64,000 nt of DNA, taken from assembly GCF_025370835.1 (NCBI RefSeq), contig NZ_JAMXFE010000013.1. One strand, 5' to 3'. Under the pieces are notes generated by a model that was not told where the DNA came from, ran no database searches, and worked only from the letters and a program-made list of their open reading frames with translations. This DNA is from Laspinema palackyanum D2b (GTDB lineage: Bacteria; Cyanobacteriota; Cyanobacteriia; Cyanobacteriales; Laspinemataceae). Positions 31,598 through 42,109 of the stretch are shown piece after piece. Position 1 is the first letter of the stretch. Each line of letters starts with the position of its first letter. The position numbers and the translations under genes were made by a program.

Positions 31598-31948
31598 TTA
31601 CTGCGCGGTAGGGTTTTGATGGTTTTGTTGGTTCTGATGGGTGGAACCCTCTTCTCCACCGCCCATCATGCCACCATTCATTTTGGCTTTGCAGCGTTCT
31701 TTCATTTCTTGCATTCCCTGCATTTGCCCCCTCATTTCCTCCATCTGCGCTCTCATTTCCTCATGCTGTTGCTGCATCTGTTCAAGAGTCATGGGGGGAA
31801 CCTGTCCTTCGGGTCTTTGTGCGAATAAAGGACTTGCACTGACGACTAAGAGGGTCACACCTGCGGCGGCGGTTCCTAGGACGGTTTTGGTGAATAAACT
31901 TGCGTTCATTTCGACTTCTCCAGGGCTGAAATTTTTCCTGTTAAACAT
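31598..31948 (-). CDS. Secreted Met/Gln-rich small protein (possible periplasmic metal-binding or stress protein)
   Basis: Signal peptide (LFTKTVLGTAAAGVTLLVVSASPLFA) followed by MxxxM-rich low-complexity sequence (MQQQHEEMRAQMEEMRGQMQGMQEM). Confidence 0.5.
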   Translation of the reverse strand: MFNRKNFSPGEVEMNASLFTKTVLGTAAAGVTLLVVSASPLFAQRPEGQVPPMTLEQMQQQHEEMRAQMEEMRGQMQGMQEMKERCKAKMNGGMMGGGEEGSTHQNQQNHQNPTAQ

Positions 31949-32049
31949 AGGATAAACTCTCCCCCTAAGCGGAGAGTCTAGTGGTTTTTACAATTCTTTA
32001 CAAAGCGGTGGAAATAATGCGGGGGCGATCGCTTCCCGGGTCCTGTTAG

Positions 32050-32105
32050 GTCCCTAAGCAGAACTCGACACCGTAACAGAGAAATCGGGTTTCTGGGTCA
32101 CGGTG
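32050..32105 (-). terminator. 13-bp stem hairpin (AACTCGACACCGT...ACGGTGTCGAGTT) 3' of cysK
   Basis: Direct reading. No strong T-run, so confidence is modest. Confidence 0.4.
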
Positions 32106-32137
32106 TCGAGTTCAGGGGAAAAATCAATGCACAGAGA

Positions 32138-33100
32138 TTAACTAATTGCCGCTGCCTCTTGGAGTTCAGGGTCTTGGAACAGGGGAGTGCTCAGGTAACG
32201 TTCCCCAAAACTCGGCTGAATCATCACAATCAGTTTCCCTTGATTTTCTGGGCGTTGCGCGAGGCGGATAGCGGCGCATAAGGCAGCACCAGCAGAGATA
32301 CCCGAGAGGAGACCTTCTTCCCGGGCCAAACGGCGACTGTAGGCCATTGATTCATCATCGCTGACCACAATCACTTCATCAATGAGTTCTACCTTCAACA
32401 CATCGGGAATGAATCCCGCCCCGATGCCTTGAATTTTGTGGGGACCGGCAGATCCGCCAGAGAGGATGGGACTGGTGGTGGGTTCAACAGCGATCGCCTT
32501 AAAACCGGGTTTGCGCGCCTTGAGCACTTCTGCCACTCCTGTTAAAGTCCCACCCGTTCCGACCCCAGCCACCACAAAGTCTACCTCACCATCGGTATCT
32601 TCCCAAATTTCTTCGGCTGTCGTCTCCCGATGAACCTGTGGGTTAGCGGGGTTGCTAAACTGTTGCAACATATAGGCATTCGGGGTACTGTCCACAATTT
32701 CTTGGGCGCGAGAGATGGCCCCTTTCATGCCCATATTGCCCGGAGTCAATTCGACCTTAGCCCCATAAGCGCCTAACATCAATCGGCGCTCTTGACTCAT
32801 GGTTTCTGGCATGGTTAGAATCAGTTGATAGCCCTTAGCGGCAGCAGCCATTGCTAGAGCAATTCCGGTATTTCCCGAGGTCGGTTCAACTAAGATGGTT
32901 TTTCCGGGGATAATTCTCCCCTCCTCTTCCGCCACATTAATCATATTGACGCCGATGCGATCCTTAACGGAAGAGGCGGGGTTCATTCCTTCTAATTTCA
33001 CCACAATTCTAGCCACACAACCTTCGGCTTGAGGAATGCGGTTTAAATCGACTAAAGGAGTGCGACCGACGAGTTCGGTAATATTTCGAGCTATTTTCAT
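32138..33100 (-). CDS. cysK: Cysteine synthase A (O-acetylserine sulfhydrylase)
   Basis: PLP-lysine motif SSVKDRIG, the TSGNTG loop and GxGTGGT. Confidence 0.95.
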   Translation of the reverse strand: MKIARNITELVGRTPLVDLNRIPQAEGCVARIVVKLEGMNPASSVKDRIGVNMINVAEEEGRIIPGKTILVEPTSGNTGIALAMAAAAKGYQLILTMPETMSQERRLMLGAYGAKVELTPGNMGMKGAISRAQEIVDSTPNAYMLQQFSNPANPQVHRETTAEEIWEDTDGEVDFVVAGVGTGGTLTGVAEVLKARKPGFKAIAVEPTTSPILSGGSAGPHKIQGIGAGFIPDVLKVELIDEVIVVSDDESMAYSRRLAREEGLLSGISAGAALCAAIRLAQRPENQGKLIVMIQPSFGERYLSTPLFQDPELQEAAAIS

Positions 33101-33722
33101 GAGTTCACTGAATGGATAGGTTTAGTGGGATGATTGACTGTTGAGAACGGTGCAGCGCCAGGTTGGACTGACCAATTGCCGTAGGCTTCCCTAGGGGAAT
33201 TTTGGGGGTTAACCCGACTCCAGTAAACGATTGAGAATGGGGGATGGTCAAGGTTGATGTAATAAAACTTTACTCATCAAACGTCCCAGTATGTGAGAGG
33301 CGATCGCGAAGTTTTGATAACTGAATCAATCCAAACCCTGTTTCTCTAAGATACATTGGAGTCGTCGTGAACCTGTAAAAATGGCAAGACATTATTATAG
33401 CGCGATTTGGAATGATTTTAGTTTGGGATTAGGGCGATAGTCACCCATTTTGATAGCTTTTGCCTAGAATTAAAGGAGCAATTACGGCCATTTCCATTAT
33501 TGCTTGATTGACTCCTTCATATTGAGGCGGGTATCCCCTATTTCACCGATTTGTGCCAAAGCAATTATGAGGATTCCCCCATAATTCTGTGATGAATCGC
33601 TGGGTTATCATATCAGGTTAGAATGGAAAGAGTAGAAATTCCTAAGAGGGAAGGGAAGCAAAGCTATCCCTTCAAATTACAATAAATTGATGTACCCAAT
33701 GCAATTTTAAGGAACAAGACCG

Positions 33723-34739
33723 ATGATCAATAGCTTTGAACTCAATAACTTTGGACCCATTCAGCAGTTTGTCTGTCCCAGGGCCAGCCATATAAATGTC
33801 ATTATTGGAGGGAATGGCACAGGAAAAACTATTTTCCTGAAAGCACTGTACACCGCCATGCGAACGATAGAAGACTATAAACGAGGTAACGAACCCCGTA
33901 GTGCTTCGGAAATTTTATCGGAAAAACTATATTGGACTTTTGAGGTAGACAAAATAGGCGATTTAGTCCGAAAAGGAGCCGAGGCCCCCCTGTCTTTCCA
34001 GCTAAGTTTTAATGGAAATTCGTTTTTTTATGAATTTGGCAAAGATACGACTAGAACCATTAATCACATAGAAAATCAGGTTTCACCTCGCGAAAGTAAC
34101 TCAATTTTTTTGCCCGCCAAAGAAATTCTTTCTCTTCAATCTTTGATTTTACAGTCCCGCGAGCAAAGTAAAACTTTTGGCTTTGATGATACCTATTTGG
34201 ATTTAGCCCGGGCGCTGCGACAAGCTAAAACAAGGGGGGGAGATTATGCTGAATTTGCTCAATCCAGAAAAAGCTTAAAAGATATTACGAGCGGCACTCT
34301 GGAATACGATAATCTATCAGAAAATTGGCAGTTTAAAAAAGGAAATCAAAAGTTTTCAATTGGCGTAACATCCGAAGGAATTAAAAAATTTTCTATTATC
34401 GATACTTTACTGGGAAATCGATATTTGGACCCTAATTCTATTATTTTCATTGACGGAATAGAAGGTGCTTTACATCCCACAGCAATTTCAAAATTTCTTG
34501 ATATCGTTGTAATGTTAGCAGAGAAAGGAATCCAATTTTTTATGGCAACTCACTCTTATTTCGTGATTAAAAAGCTGTTTTTAATTGCTCAACAAAAAGA
34601 TGACCTTTCCATTTCCATCTTTTCTGCAGCTGAAGACAATTGGAATACGGCTAATGTAAAAGAGGGTTTACCCGATAATCCGATTATTGATGAATCAATT
34701 CGGTTGTATCAAGAAGAGGTAAGGCTGGCACTGGAATGA
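33723..34739 (+). CDS. AAA_21/ABC-type ATPase (SMC-head-like), 338 aa, with a variant Walker B
   Basis: Walker A GGNGTGKT; signature-like SEGIKKFSIIDTLL; Walker B region IIFIDGIEGALHP (Gly where the catalytic Glu normally sits, with a Glu two residues later); H-loop ATHS. Locally low GC. Confidence 0.8.
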   Translation: MINSFELNNFGPIQQFVCPRASHINVIIGGNGTGKTIFLKALYTAMRTIEDYKRGNEPRSASEILSEKLYWTFEVDKIGDLVRKGAEAPLSFQLSFNGNSFFYEFGKDTTRTINHIENQVSPRESNSIFLPAKEILSLQSLILQSREQSKTFGFDDTYLDLARALRQAKTRGGDYAEFAQSRKSLKDITSGTLEYDNLSENWQFKKGNQKFSIGVTSEGIKKFSIIDTLLGNRYLDPNSIIFIDGIEGALHPTAISKFLDIVVMLAEKGIQFFMATHSYFVIKKLFLIAQQKDDLSISIFSAAEDNWNTANVKEGLPDNPIIDESIRLYQEEVRLALE

Positions 34740-35254
34740 CTTTAGACCCTATTATTGAGTCAGGCATGACTTTTGGACCTTATCCCAAAGGACATTGCTT
34801 TTATATTGAGAAGAGTAAAACCTATCAAGCCATTCAATCCGATGTAAAAATGGCAGAGTTTCTGCTGCTGCGTGATTCAAACCGATCGCTAGTCTGGATT
34901 GTTGAGGCAAAATCTAGCTCTCCACGTCCTGAAACTAAACCCAACTTTGATGAATTTATCCAAGAGATTTGTGACAAACTCACCAATGCTCTGAATTTAT
35001 GTATTGCAACTTGCCTCAAACGCCATACTTCTGCCTATGAAGAATTACCTGCTCCCTTTCAGTCTCTGGCGTTAGAAAAAATTGATTTTCGATTGATATT
35101 GGTTATCAAAGGACATCAGGATTCATGGCTTCCCCCACTCCAGGATGCACTCAAAAAAGCGCTCAAGCCTACCGTCAAAATTTGGAAATTATCTCCCACT
35201 TCTGTTGTTGTCATGAATGACCAGATGGCGCGGGAGACCGGATTAATTCAGTAA
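34736..35254 (+). CDS. Small protein (172 aa), predicted PD-(D/E)xK nuclease fold; translationally coupled to the upstream ATPase (ATGA overlap)
   Basis: LLLRD ... VWIVEAKSS matches the D-x(10)-ExK spacing after beta strands. No TOPRIM DxD or HNH motif seen. Confidence 0.55.
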   Translation: MTLDPIIESGMTFGPYPKGHCFYIEKSKTYQAIQSDVKMAEFLLLRDSNRSLVWIVEAKSSSPRPETKPNFDEFIQEICDKLTNALNLCIATCLKRHTSAYEELPAPFQSLALEKIDFRLILVIKGHQDSWLPPLQDALKKALKPTVKIWKLSPTSVVVMNDQMARETGLIQ

Positions 35255-35397
35255 AACGACTCCGGTGTAAAACCTCGGGTTAAAGTAGAGGTAATTTGAT
35301 GAATTACCCCTACTCAACTCCTGAACGAGTTATCCTCTGTTCAGGCAGCGTTACACCCTAGGACTGGGTATCAAACCCGGTCTAAATATTCCAAAAC

Positions 35398-36603
35398 TTA
35401 GGCTTCATCTAAGGCGGCAACTCCGGGGAGTTCCTTGCCTTCGAGTAATTCTAAGCTGGCACCGCCTCCGGTGGAAATGTGGCTCATTTTATCGGCTAAT
35501 CCAACTTTTTCCACGGCTGCTACGGAGTCGCCACCGCCGATGATGGTGGTGGTACCTTTGGGGGTGAGTTCGGATAACGTATGGGCGATCGCCTCGGTTC
35601 CTTTGGCGAATTTGTCGATTTCAAACACACCCATCGGTCCATTCCAAATCACCGTCTTGCAATCCGCAAGAGCGTCTTGGAAGGTTTTCACAGAATCGGG
35701 ACCAATATCCAATCCCATCCAACCATCAGGGATATTTTCCACGCTGACAATTTGCGTATTGGCATCAGCACCAAATTTGTCCGCAATTACCACATCCGTC
35801 GGCAATAACATCGCTACGCCGCGTTCTTTTGCCTTCGCTTCCAAGGATTTGGCTAACTCTAGTTTGTCATCTTCCACCAAGGAATTTCCCACGCTGATTC
35901 CCCGCGCTTTTAAGAAGGTGAAAATCATCCCACCACCGAGGAGTAGTTTGTCACACTTCTCTAACAAGGTTTCAATGACGCCAATTTTGCTAGAAACCTT
36001 AGAACCACCAATAATCGCTGCCAAAGGACGCTGAGGTTCTTCGATCGCCCCTTTCAGGTATTGCAGTTCTTTCTCCATCAAAGACCCGGCAACGGAAGGA
36101 CTCAGGTAATGAGTAACCCCTTCGGTAGAAGCATGGGCGCGGTGGGCCGTTCCAAAGGCATCATTCACATACAAATCGGCCACAGAAGCCAGCTTTTTGG
36201 CAAATTCTGGGTCGTTTTTCTCTTCTTCAGCATAGAACCGGACATTCTCCAGTAAGGCAACTTGGCCGTTTTCCATGCCTTGGACCTTGCTTGCCACCTC
36301 ATCGCCAATGCAGTCATCGCATTTGATAACTTCTTGACCCAATAATTCCGAGAGGCGCTTGGCAACCGGGGTGAGGCGCATTTTTTCATTCACCTGACCC
36401 TTGGGACGTCCAAAGTGGCTGGACAGAATCACCTTGGCCCCTTTACCCGTTAAATCTTGAATCGTCGGCAATGCGGCCCGAATCCGGGTATCATCGGTGA
36501 TGTTACCGGCATCATCTAGGGGTACATTGAAGTCAGCACGGACTAACACCCGTTTACCAGATAGGTCTGAGGCTGACAAATTTGCTACAGTTTTCTTGGG
36601 CAT
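35398..36603 (-). CDS. pgk: Phosphoglycerate kinase
   Basis: RADFNVP...[11 protein letters not shown] and overall PGK similarity. Confidence 0.95.
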   Translation of the reverse strand: MPKKTVANLSASDLSGKRVLVRADFNVPLDDAGNITDDTRIRAALPTIQDLTGKGAKVILSSHFGRPKGQVNEKMRLTPVAKRLSELLGQEVIKCDDCIGDEVASKVQGMENGQVALLENVRFYAEEEKNDPEFAKKLASVADLYVNDAFGTAHRAHASTEGVTHYLSPSVAGSLMEKELQYLKGAIEEPQRPLAAIIGGSKVSSKIGVIETLLEKCDKLLLGGGMIFTFLKARGISVGNSLVEDDKLELAKSLEAKAKERGVAMLLPTDVVIADKFGADANTQIVSVENIPDGWMGLDIGPDSVKTFQDALADCKTVIWNGPMGVFEIDKFAKGTEAIAHTLSELTPKGTTTIIGGGDSVAAVEKVGLADKMSHISTGGGASLELLEGKELPGVAALDEA

Positions 36604-36799
36604 GAAGATCCCTCCTAATTGCGTTTTTTGGTCTGTTTTTCGAGAAAATCGGCTTATAGCGCGTGGGATTTAACTCCTGCGCCGAGGCAGTACCCCAAAA
36701 CTGACGCCAGGAATGGCGCCCTTGATAGATCAATCTCTATCGATCTGGAAGGTTTGCCGTAAACATTTTATCGTTGAGTGCGTCCTAAACACGGCTGCT

Positions 36800-37213
36800 A
36801 TGTTTAAAACTGTTCTTTTTCCAATTGATGAAAGTCGCGAGTCCCGAGAAGCGGCGGATACGGTGGCCCAAATGGTCAAAACCTTCAACTCGCGCTTAAT
36901 TTTGCTGTCTGTGAATGAGGTTGAGGTGGAGGGAGAGGAACCCCCACCTCCAGAACGGGTGATGACCCCGGAGGCGATCGCAGAATTACTCAAAAATGCT
37001 CAGTCCATGTTTTCTAAGCTAGGTATCGAAGCGGAAACCATTGAACGGGAAGGAAAACCCGCCTTTATCATTTGCGATGTAGCGGACGAAATTAATGCGG
37101 ATCTCGTGATTATGGGCTGTCGCGGGATTGGGTTAACAGAAGAGGGTCTCGCCGATAGCGTCACCAACCGAGTGATTAATTTGGCCCCTTGTCCCGTGTT
37201 GATTGTACCGTAG
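36800..37213 (+). CDS. Universal stress protein (UspA family). Start placed at MFKTVLFPID; the ORF track's upstream ATG at 36713 is less likely.
   Basis: FPIDES...VIMGCRGIGL..G..SVT..V...PCPVLIV is the Usp signature. Confidence 0.85.
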   Translation: MFKTVLFPIDESRESREAADTVAQMVKTFNSRLILLSVNEVEVEGEEPPPPERVMTPEAIAELLKNAQSMFSKLGIEAETIEREGKPAFIICDVADEINADLVIMGCRGIGLTEEGLADSVTNRVINLAPCPVLIVP

Positions 37214-37680
37214 GGGAGATGGGGGGAGATGGGGGAGATGGGGGAGATGGGGAAGCGGTAGTAACAACTTCAGTCATTATCCCTCTTAGTTCGTAGTAAC
37301 GACTTCAGTCGTTCTCCCTCTTAGTTCGTAGTAACGACTTCAGTCGTTCTACCTCTTAGTTCGTAGTAACGACTTCAGTCGTTCTTACGGTACCTTAAAA
37401 TGTAGCATTTTAAGCTTTATGGTTTGAGCCCTAGACGTGGTTAATCCGTAAACGACTGAAGTCGTTACTACGAACAGGGGATCCGGAAACGACTGAAGTC
37501 GTTACTACGAACCGGGGATCCGGAAACGACTGAAGTCGTTACTACGAACCGGGGATCCGGAAACGACTGAAGTCGTCACTACGAACCGGGGATCCGGAAA
37601 CGACTGAAGTCGTTACTACGAACCGGGGAGAATGGTCTCTCCCCCAATCCTCCCCATCCTCCCCATCCCTCCATCCACAT
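37214..37680. repeat. ~470-bp super-palindrome: GGGGAGAT satellite, 4 reverse hairpin units, a ~60-bp centre, 5 forward 37-bp units (AAACGACTGAAGTCGTTACTACGAACCGGGGATCCGG), then CCCCATCC satellite
   Basis: Direct reading. Mirror-image organisation around 37390-37450. Lies between usp and ylqF. Confidence 0.85.
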
Positions 37681-37697
37681 TTATCAAGTATTTAACA

Positions 37698-38561
37698 ATG
37701 ACAACTCCTGACATTCAATGGTATCCCGGCCATATTTCTAAGGCGGAAAAACAACTGGCGGAACAATTGAAGCTGGTGGATGTGGTGTTGGAGGTCCGGG
37801 ATGCGCGGATTCCTTTGTCTACCCATCATCCCCAGGTGCCGCAGTGGGTGGGGAGTAAAAGCCGAGTTTTGATTATTAATCGGGTGGATACGATTTTGCC
37901 ACCCCTGCGCGATCGCTGGCATCTGTGGTTTCAACGTCAGGGAGAAACGCCTTATTTTACCAATGCTCAAGATGGGACGGGGATCAAGGCGATATCTAAG
38001 GCGGCGAAGGAGGCGGGGATTGCTCTAAATCAACGTCGTCTCGATCGCGGGATGCGCCCTCGCGCTGTTCGGGCGGTGGTGATTGGGTTTCCTAATGTGG
38101 GCAAATCGGCGTTGATTAATCGCTTAGTCGGGCGTCGTGTGGTGGAAAGCGCCCGACGTGCGGGGGTGACTAAGCAACTGCGTTGGGTGCGGATTTCTGA
38201 TGAACTGGAACTGTTGGATGCCCCTGGGGTGATTCCCAGTAAGTTAGAGGACCAAGATGCTGCTTTAAAATTAGCCATTTGTGATGATATTGGCGAGGCA
38301 GCTTATGATAATCAACGGGTGGCATCGGCATTTGTGGATATGGTGAAAGAGATTGAGGCAATGGGGACCGCATGGATGCCACCGGAGGCGTTGCGATCGC
38401 GCTATAAACTTGACCCTCTCCCCATGACGGGGGAAGATTATCTCCATAATTTTGCTGAATCCCGATATGAAGGCGATGTGGAACGGGCGGCAAGGCAAAT
38501 TCTCAATGATTTTCGCAAGGGATTGTTAGGTCAAATTCCCCTAGAATTGCCTCCGGAATAA
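37698..38561 (+). CDS. rbgA: Ribosome biogenesis GTPase A (YlqF/RbgA), circularly permuted GTPase
   Basis: WYPGHISKA..., the permuted motif order, and the G1 motif GFPNVGKSALIN. Confidence 0.9.
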   Translation: MTTPDIQWYPGHISKAEKQLAEQLKLVDVVLEVRDARIPLSTHHPQVPQWVGSKSRVLIINRVDTILPPLRDRWHLWFQRQGETPYFTNAQDGTGIKAISKAAKEAGIALNQRRLDRGMRPRAVRAVVIGFPNVGKSALINRLVGRRVVESARRAGVTKQLRWVRISDELELLDAPGVIPSKLEDQDAALKLAICDDIGEAAYDNQRVASAFVDMVKEIEAMGTAWMPPEALRSRYKLDPLPMTGEDYLHNFAESRYEGDVERAARQILNDFRKGLLGQIPLELPPE

Positions 38562-38588
38562 CGGGAAGAGGGCGATCGCCTATTCAAG

Positions 38589-39494
38589 TTACCCTAGGGC
38601 TAGAATCTCTGGCGGTACTGGGGTGATTGCCCTTCGCAGTTCGCTGTCGGTGGCATTGAGCACAACCGCTAACACTCTACCTGTGGACTCCTGTTGAATT
38701 AATGTCCCTTCTATCTGTCCATCATCATTCGGGTCCAGTTGACCTGGGGACAATTCACTTAACACCAAAACATCATCGGTGGTATAGGTTTGCAAAATAT
38801 CAAGTTCGGCTGGTAAATCCCGAGTAAAGGGTTGAAATACCAAATCATTGGCTGTTACGTCCCCGGTGAGTCCAATGCGATCGCTATTAAAATCCAAAAT
38901 AATATCCGCTTGTTCGGGATTGGTGGAGGCGGCATCGGTGCGAAGAACAAATAAATCCGTACCACTTCCCCCCACCATGCGATCGAGTCCGAAATCACCG
39001 ATGAGGGTATCATTTCCTTCCCCACCTATCAGCAAATCGTTGTCTTGACCCCCTCGCACGAGATCGTTTCCTCGACCTCCGAGGACTAAATCATCCCCGC
39101 GATTGCCATTGAGAATATCATCCCCTTCTTCTCCATAAACGGCATCATTATCCTGTCCACCGCGCAAGGTATCATTACCCCCTCGGCCAAATAAGAGATC
39201 GATGCCCAAATTGCCGTTGATCAGTTCATTTGATGTGGCACCGATGACCGTATCATCCCCGGCTAAAGCTCTGACTCCCCCTGGGCGTTCAGCGAGTTGT
39301 CCCGGACTCAGCCTAAAATCATCGGGACGCAGGGCGTCATCTTGGAGATCCAGAAAGTCCGCAGGGTTTAAGGCTTCACCCGGGGGAGCTCCTGGTGCTG
39401 TCGGTCCCGGAACCGCCCCAGGGTCGGGTTCTTCTGGGATCAGTGTACTCACGCAACCACAGGCTAAATCTCCGGGTAACATTCCAGGTATCAT
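38589..39494 (-). CDS. Calcium-binding RTX (hemolysin-type) repeat protein
   Basis: Tandem GGxGNDxLxG nonapeptides (GGQDNDAVYG, GNRGDDLVLG, GGRGNDLVRG, GGEGNDTLIG). Confidence 0.8.
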   Translation of the reverse strand: MIPGMLPGDLACGCVSTLIPEEPDPGAVPGPTAPGAPPGEALNPADFLDLQDDALRPDDFRLSPGQLAERPGGVRALAGDDTVIGATSNELINGNLGIDLLFGRGGNDTLRGGQDNDAVYGEEGDDILNGNRGDDLVLGGRGNDLVRGGQDNDLLIGGEGNDTLIGDFGLDRMVGGSGTDLFVLRTDAASTNPEQADIILDFNSDRIGLTGDVTANDLVFQPFTRDLPAELDILQTYTTDDVLVLSELSPGQLDPNDDGQIEGTLIQQESTGRVLAVVLNATDSELRRAITPVPPEILALG

Positions 39495-39625
39495 CTGTTT
39501 TCCTCGCTGTTGAAACTCACGTTATTGATTCTTTTTATTGTATGGCCTCATCCCCACTCCTCAACCCCACGGATGAACCGGAAGAACCGCAGGACAATGG
39601 GTTCCACGGAATTTGAGTGTTCCTC

Positions 39626-40840
39626 TCAGATTTTAAATCCCATGTCTTTTAAACTTTGGCGCAAGGCTGGACCCGCAGGGGATTTCCGTTGTTCATAGAG
39701 GGAAACAGCCCGTCGAAAGGCTTCTAATCCATCTAAAATATTCCCTCCTTTGAGTAAGGCAACGCCAAGATTTTGGTACGCTTCGGCATAGTTGGGATTG
39801 AGTTGAATGGCTTTGTAATAGGCGGCGATCGCCAGGGGAATTTGCTTTTTCTCTTTCAAGGCAATTCCCAGGTTAAAATAGGCTGAACTCAGGGAGGGGT
39901 CGATTTGTAGGACTTTTTGATAGGTGGCGATCGCCCCGGTGAGATTTCCGGTTTCGAGGAGGAGGTTCCCCAAGTTATTATACGCCCCCAATTTGATGGG
40001 TTCTAAAATCGGCAGGGCAACCGCTTTTTCATACTGCGCTTTCGCTTTGCTCAGTTTCTGCTTGCGCGTATAGGCTATCCCCAAATGATAATGCAGTTCA
40101 TACACAACCAGGGGTTCTAACCTTGTACTCGCGGCTAATCCGAGTTTTAATAACTGCATCCCCCGTTGAATCTCTCCGGTTTGCACATACAAGGCCCCGA
40201 GTTTGCTGCAAGTATAAGCATCGTTCGGATGGGCGGCGAGATAGGATTCCATTGATTCTCGGGCCCGGGTCAATTTATCTCGGGAGGCGATCGCTTCTGC
40301 TTGATACCCTTCATGTAAAATTGCCACCTCCATCAACGAACCCACCTGCCATTGATTGGATTGCTGCTGTAACATCCGCTGCACACTATCATCAATCATG
40401 GCATGATAGGGCCGCTCAAACTGAATCCCCGGTTGATTTCTAAACAACCGTGACACCAGGGAATAAGGGGATTGTTGCGCCCCCACTTCTTGGCGAATTA
40501 AGTTCATTAACAGATAGGGTTTCGGCGGGGAATTGCCACCTCCATTAATCAATTCTTTGATTTGGGGGACAACTTCCGGGGTTAACACTTCATCGGCATC
40601 TAATACGAGAATCCAGTCCCCGTGAGCATATTTAAGGGATTCATTTCTTGCTGCAGCAAAATCATTGCACCAGTCGAAGTGATGAACATCAGCCCCAAAC
40701 TCTTGGGCGATTTCTACGGTGCGATCGGTGGATCCGGTATCAAGAACCACCATTTCATCTACCAGATCCTTGATGCTGGCAAGACATTTGGGAAGGGTAG
40801 CTTCTTCGTTTTTGACAATGGTGCAAAGACTCAGCTTCAT
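39626..40840 (-). CDS. Family-2 glycosyltransferase fused to C-terminal TPR repeats
   Basis: GT-A N-terminus (LSLCTIVKNEE...VLDTGSTD...DADE) followed by AYxNLG-type TPR units. Confidence 0.85.
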   Translation of the reverse strand: MKLSLCTIVKNEEATLPKCLASIKDLVDEMVVLDTGSTDRTVEIAQEFGADVHHFDWCNDFAAARNESLKYAHGDWILVLDADEVLTPEVVPQIKELINGGGNSPPKPYLLMNLIRQEVGAQQSPYSLVSRLFRNQPGIQFERPYHAMIDDSVQRMLQQQSNQWQVGSLMEVAILHEGYQAEAIASRDKLTRARESMESYLAAHPNDAYTCSKLGALYVQTGEIQRGMQLLKLGLAASTRLEPLVVYELHYHLGIAYTRKQKLSKAKAQYEKAVALPILEPIKLGAYNNLGNLLLETGNLTGAIATYQKVLQIDPSLSSAYFNLGIALKEKKQIPLAIAAYYKAIQLNPNYAEAYQNLGVALLKGGNILDGLEAFRRAVSLYEQRKSPAGPALRQSLKDMGFKI

Positions 40841-41016
40841 CGGAAACCAGTTAACGGTAATGGGTCAGTTTTATTGTACTGGTAGAGACCCCGTAATGGT
40901 ATTCTGAGTTGAAGCCAGTGGCGATCGCGGCCTCCGCAGACCCCAGGCGGGAGTAGTCGTCTCAGGGAGGATCTATTGGTTTATACTGGAACAGCAGAGC
41001 ATGAAGAGGTAAGAAT

Positions 41017-41313
41017 GTGGCCGAAATTATTCTCAAAACGGATAATCCAGACCGAGTGACGGACTTAATAAAACGGGCGATCGCTGCTGAAATAGATCGC
41101 ATTGAAAAAAATCTGAAATTTACAAAAAAAAGACTTCAGGCGTTTGAAGATAAATATAATCAACCCTCCCATCAGTTGAAAAATAGACTGACGGCAGAAG
41201 ATATGGATGGGGGAGATTTAGAATATTTAGAATGGGCGGGAGAATATAAACTATTTTTAGAGTTAGAGGAACAAATTAAAGTCCTCAAAAGCTTAGAATA
41301 TGTCAATCCATAA
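41017..41313 (+). CDS. Hypothetical small protein (98 aa, coiled-coil-like)
   Basis: ORF with plausible composition; no domain recognised. Confidence 0.45.
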   Translation: MAEIILKTDNPDRVTDLIKRAIAAEIDRIEKNLKFTKKRLQAFEDKYNQPSHQLKNRLTAEDMDGGDLEYLEWAGEYKLFLELEEQIKVLKSLEYVNP

Positions 41314-41414
41314 TGCCAGTTTTTACCTTAAACTCAGATTGAGTGACAGTCGCCCAGATGGAGGGCGATCGGCACTCTTGTCATACCGTGAGACTCTGTT
41401 AGGAGATTATCCTC

Positions 41415-41984
41415 ATGACTCTAACCCTATATCCTGATTTACCAACCCTGGAAAGCGATCGCCTCATTCTTAGAAAAATGACCCTAGAGGATGCACCGGA
41501 TCTGTTTGAGTATGCCTCAGACCCTGAAGTCGCCCAATACACAACCTGGTACCCGCATCAATCCCTAGAAGACAGCCATATTTTTTTAAATTCTGTACTC
41601 GAAAACTATCAGACGCCTAAAGGTTTTAATTGGGGCATTATCCATAAAGACCATTCTAAATTAATCGGTACTTGTGGTCTCGTTGACTGGGTTCAATCTG
41701 ATCATTACGCTGAAATCGGCTATGCCTTAGCTAGACCCTACTGGGGTCAAGGATATATGCCCGAATCTGTAAAAGCTGTCGTCGCCTTTAGCTTTCAGGA
41801 AACTGACTTAAACCGGATTGAAGGGCGATGTAAACTCCCTAACCACGCCTCCGCAAGGGTTATGGAAAAAGTCGGCATGAAATTTGAGGGAATCCTCCGC
41901 CAACAGATGTTTATTAAAGGCAGCTTTCATGATATGAAACTCTATGCCATTTTGCGGGAAGATTGGGAAAAGTTATCCAAATAG
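41415..41984 (+). CDS. GNAT-family N-acetyltransferase (RimJ/RimL-like)
   Basis: LILRKMTLEDAPDLFEY...GTCGL...AEIGYALARPYWGQGY...A.RVMEKVGM is the RimL-like signature. Confidence 0.85.
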   Translation: MTLTLYPDLPTLESDRLILRKMTLEDAPDLFEYASDPEVAQYTTWYPHQSLEDSHIFLNSVLENYQTPKGFNWGIIHKDHSKLIGTCGLVDWVQSDHYAEIGYALARPYWGQGYMPESVKAVVAFSFQETDLNRIEGRCKLPNHASARVMEKVGMKFEGILRQQMFIKGSFHDMKLYAILREDWEKLSK

Positions 41985-42109
41985 AGGGTATCATTTCCGG
42001 GTAAAAAGGGAGTTTAGCTCTCTCATGGCGCAGCTAAACTCCCAACAAAATTGACTCAATCGTTGGGTTGTAATTTAGGAGATTGTCGCTACCTTCAGGG
42101 CCAATTTTT

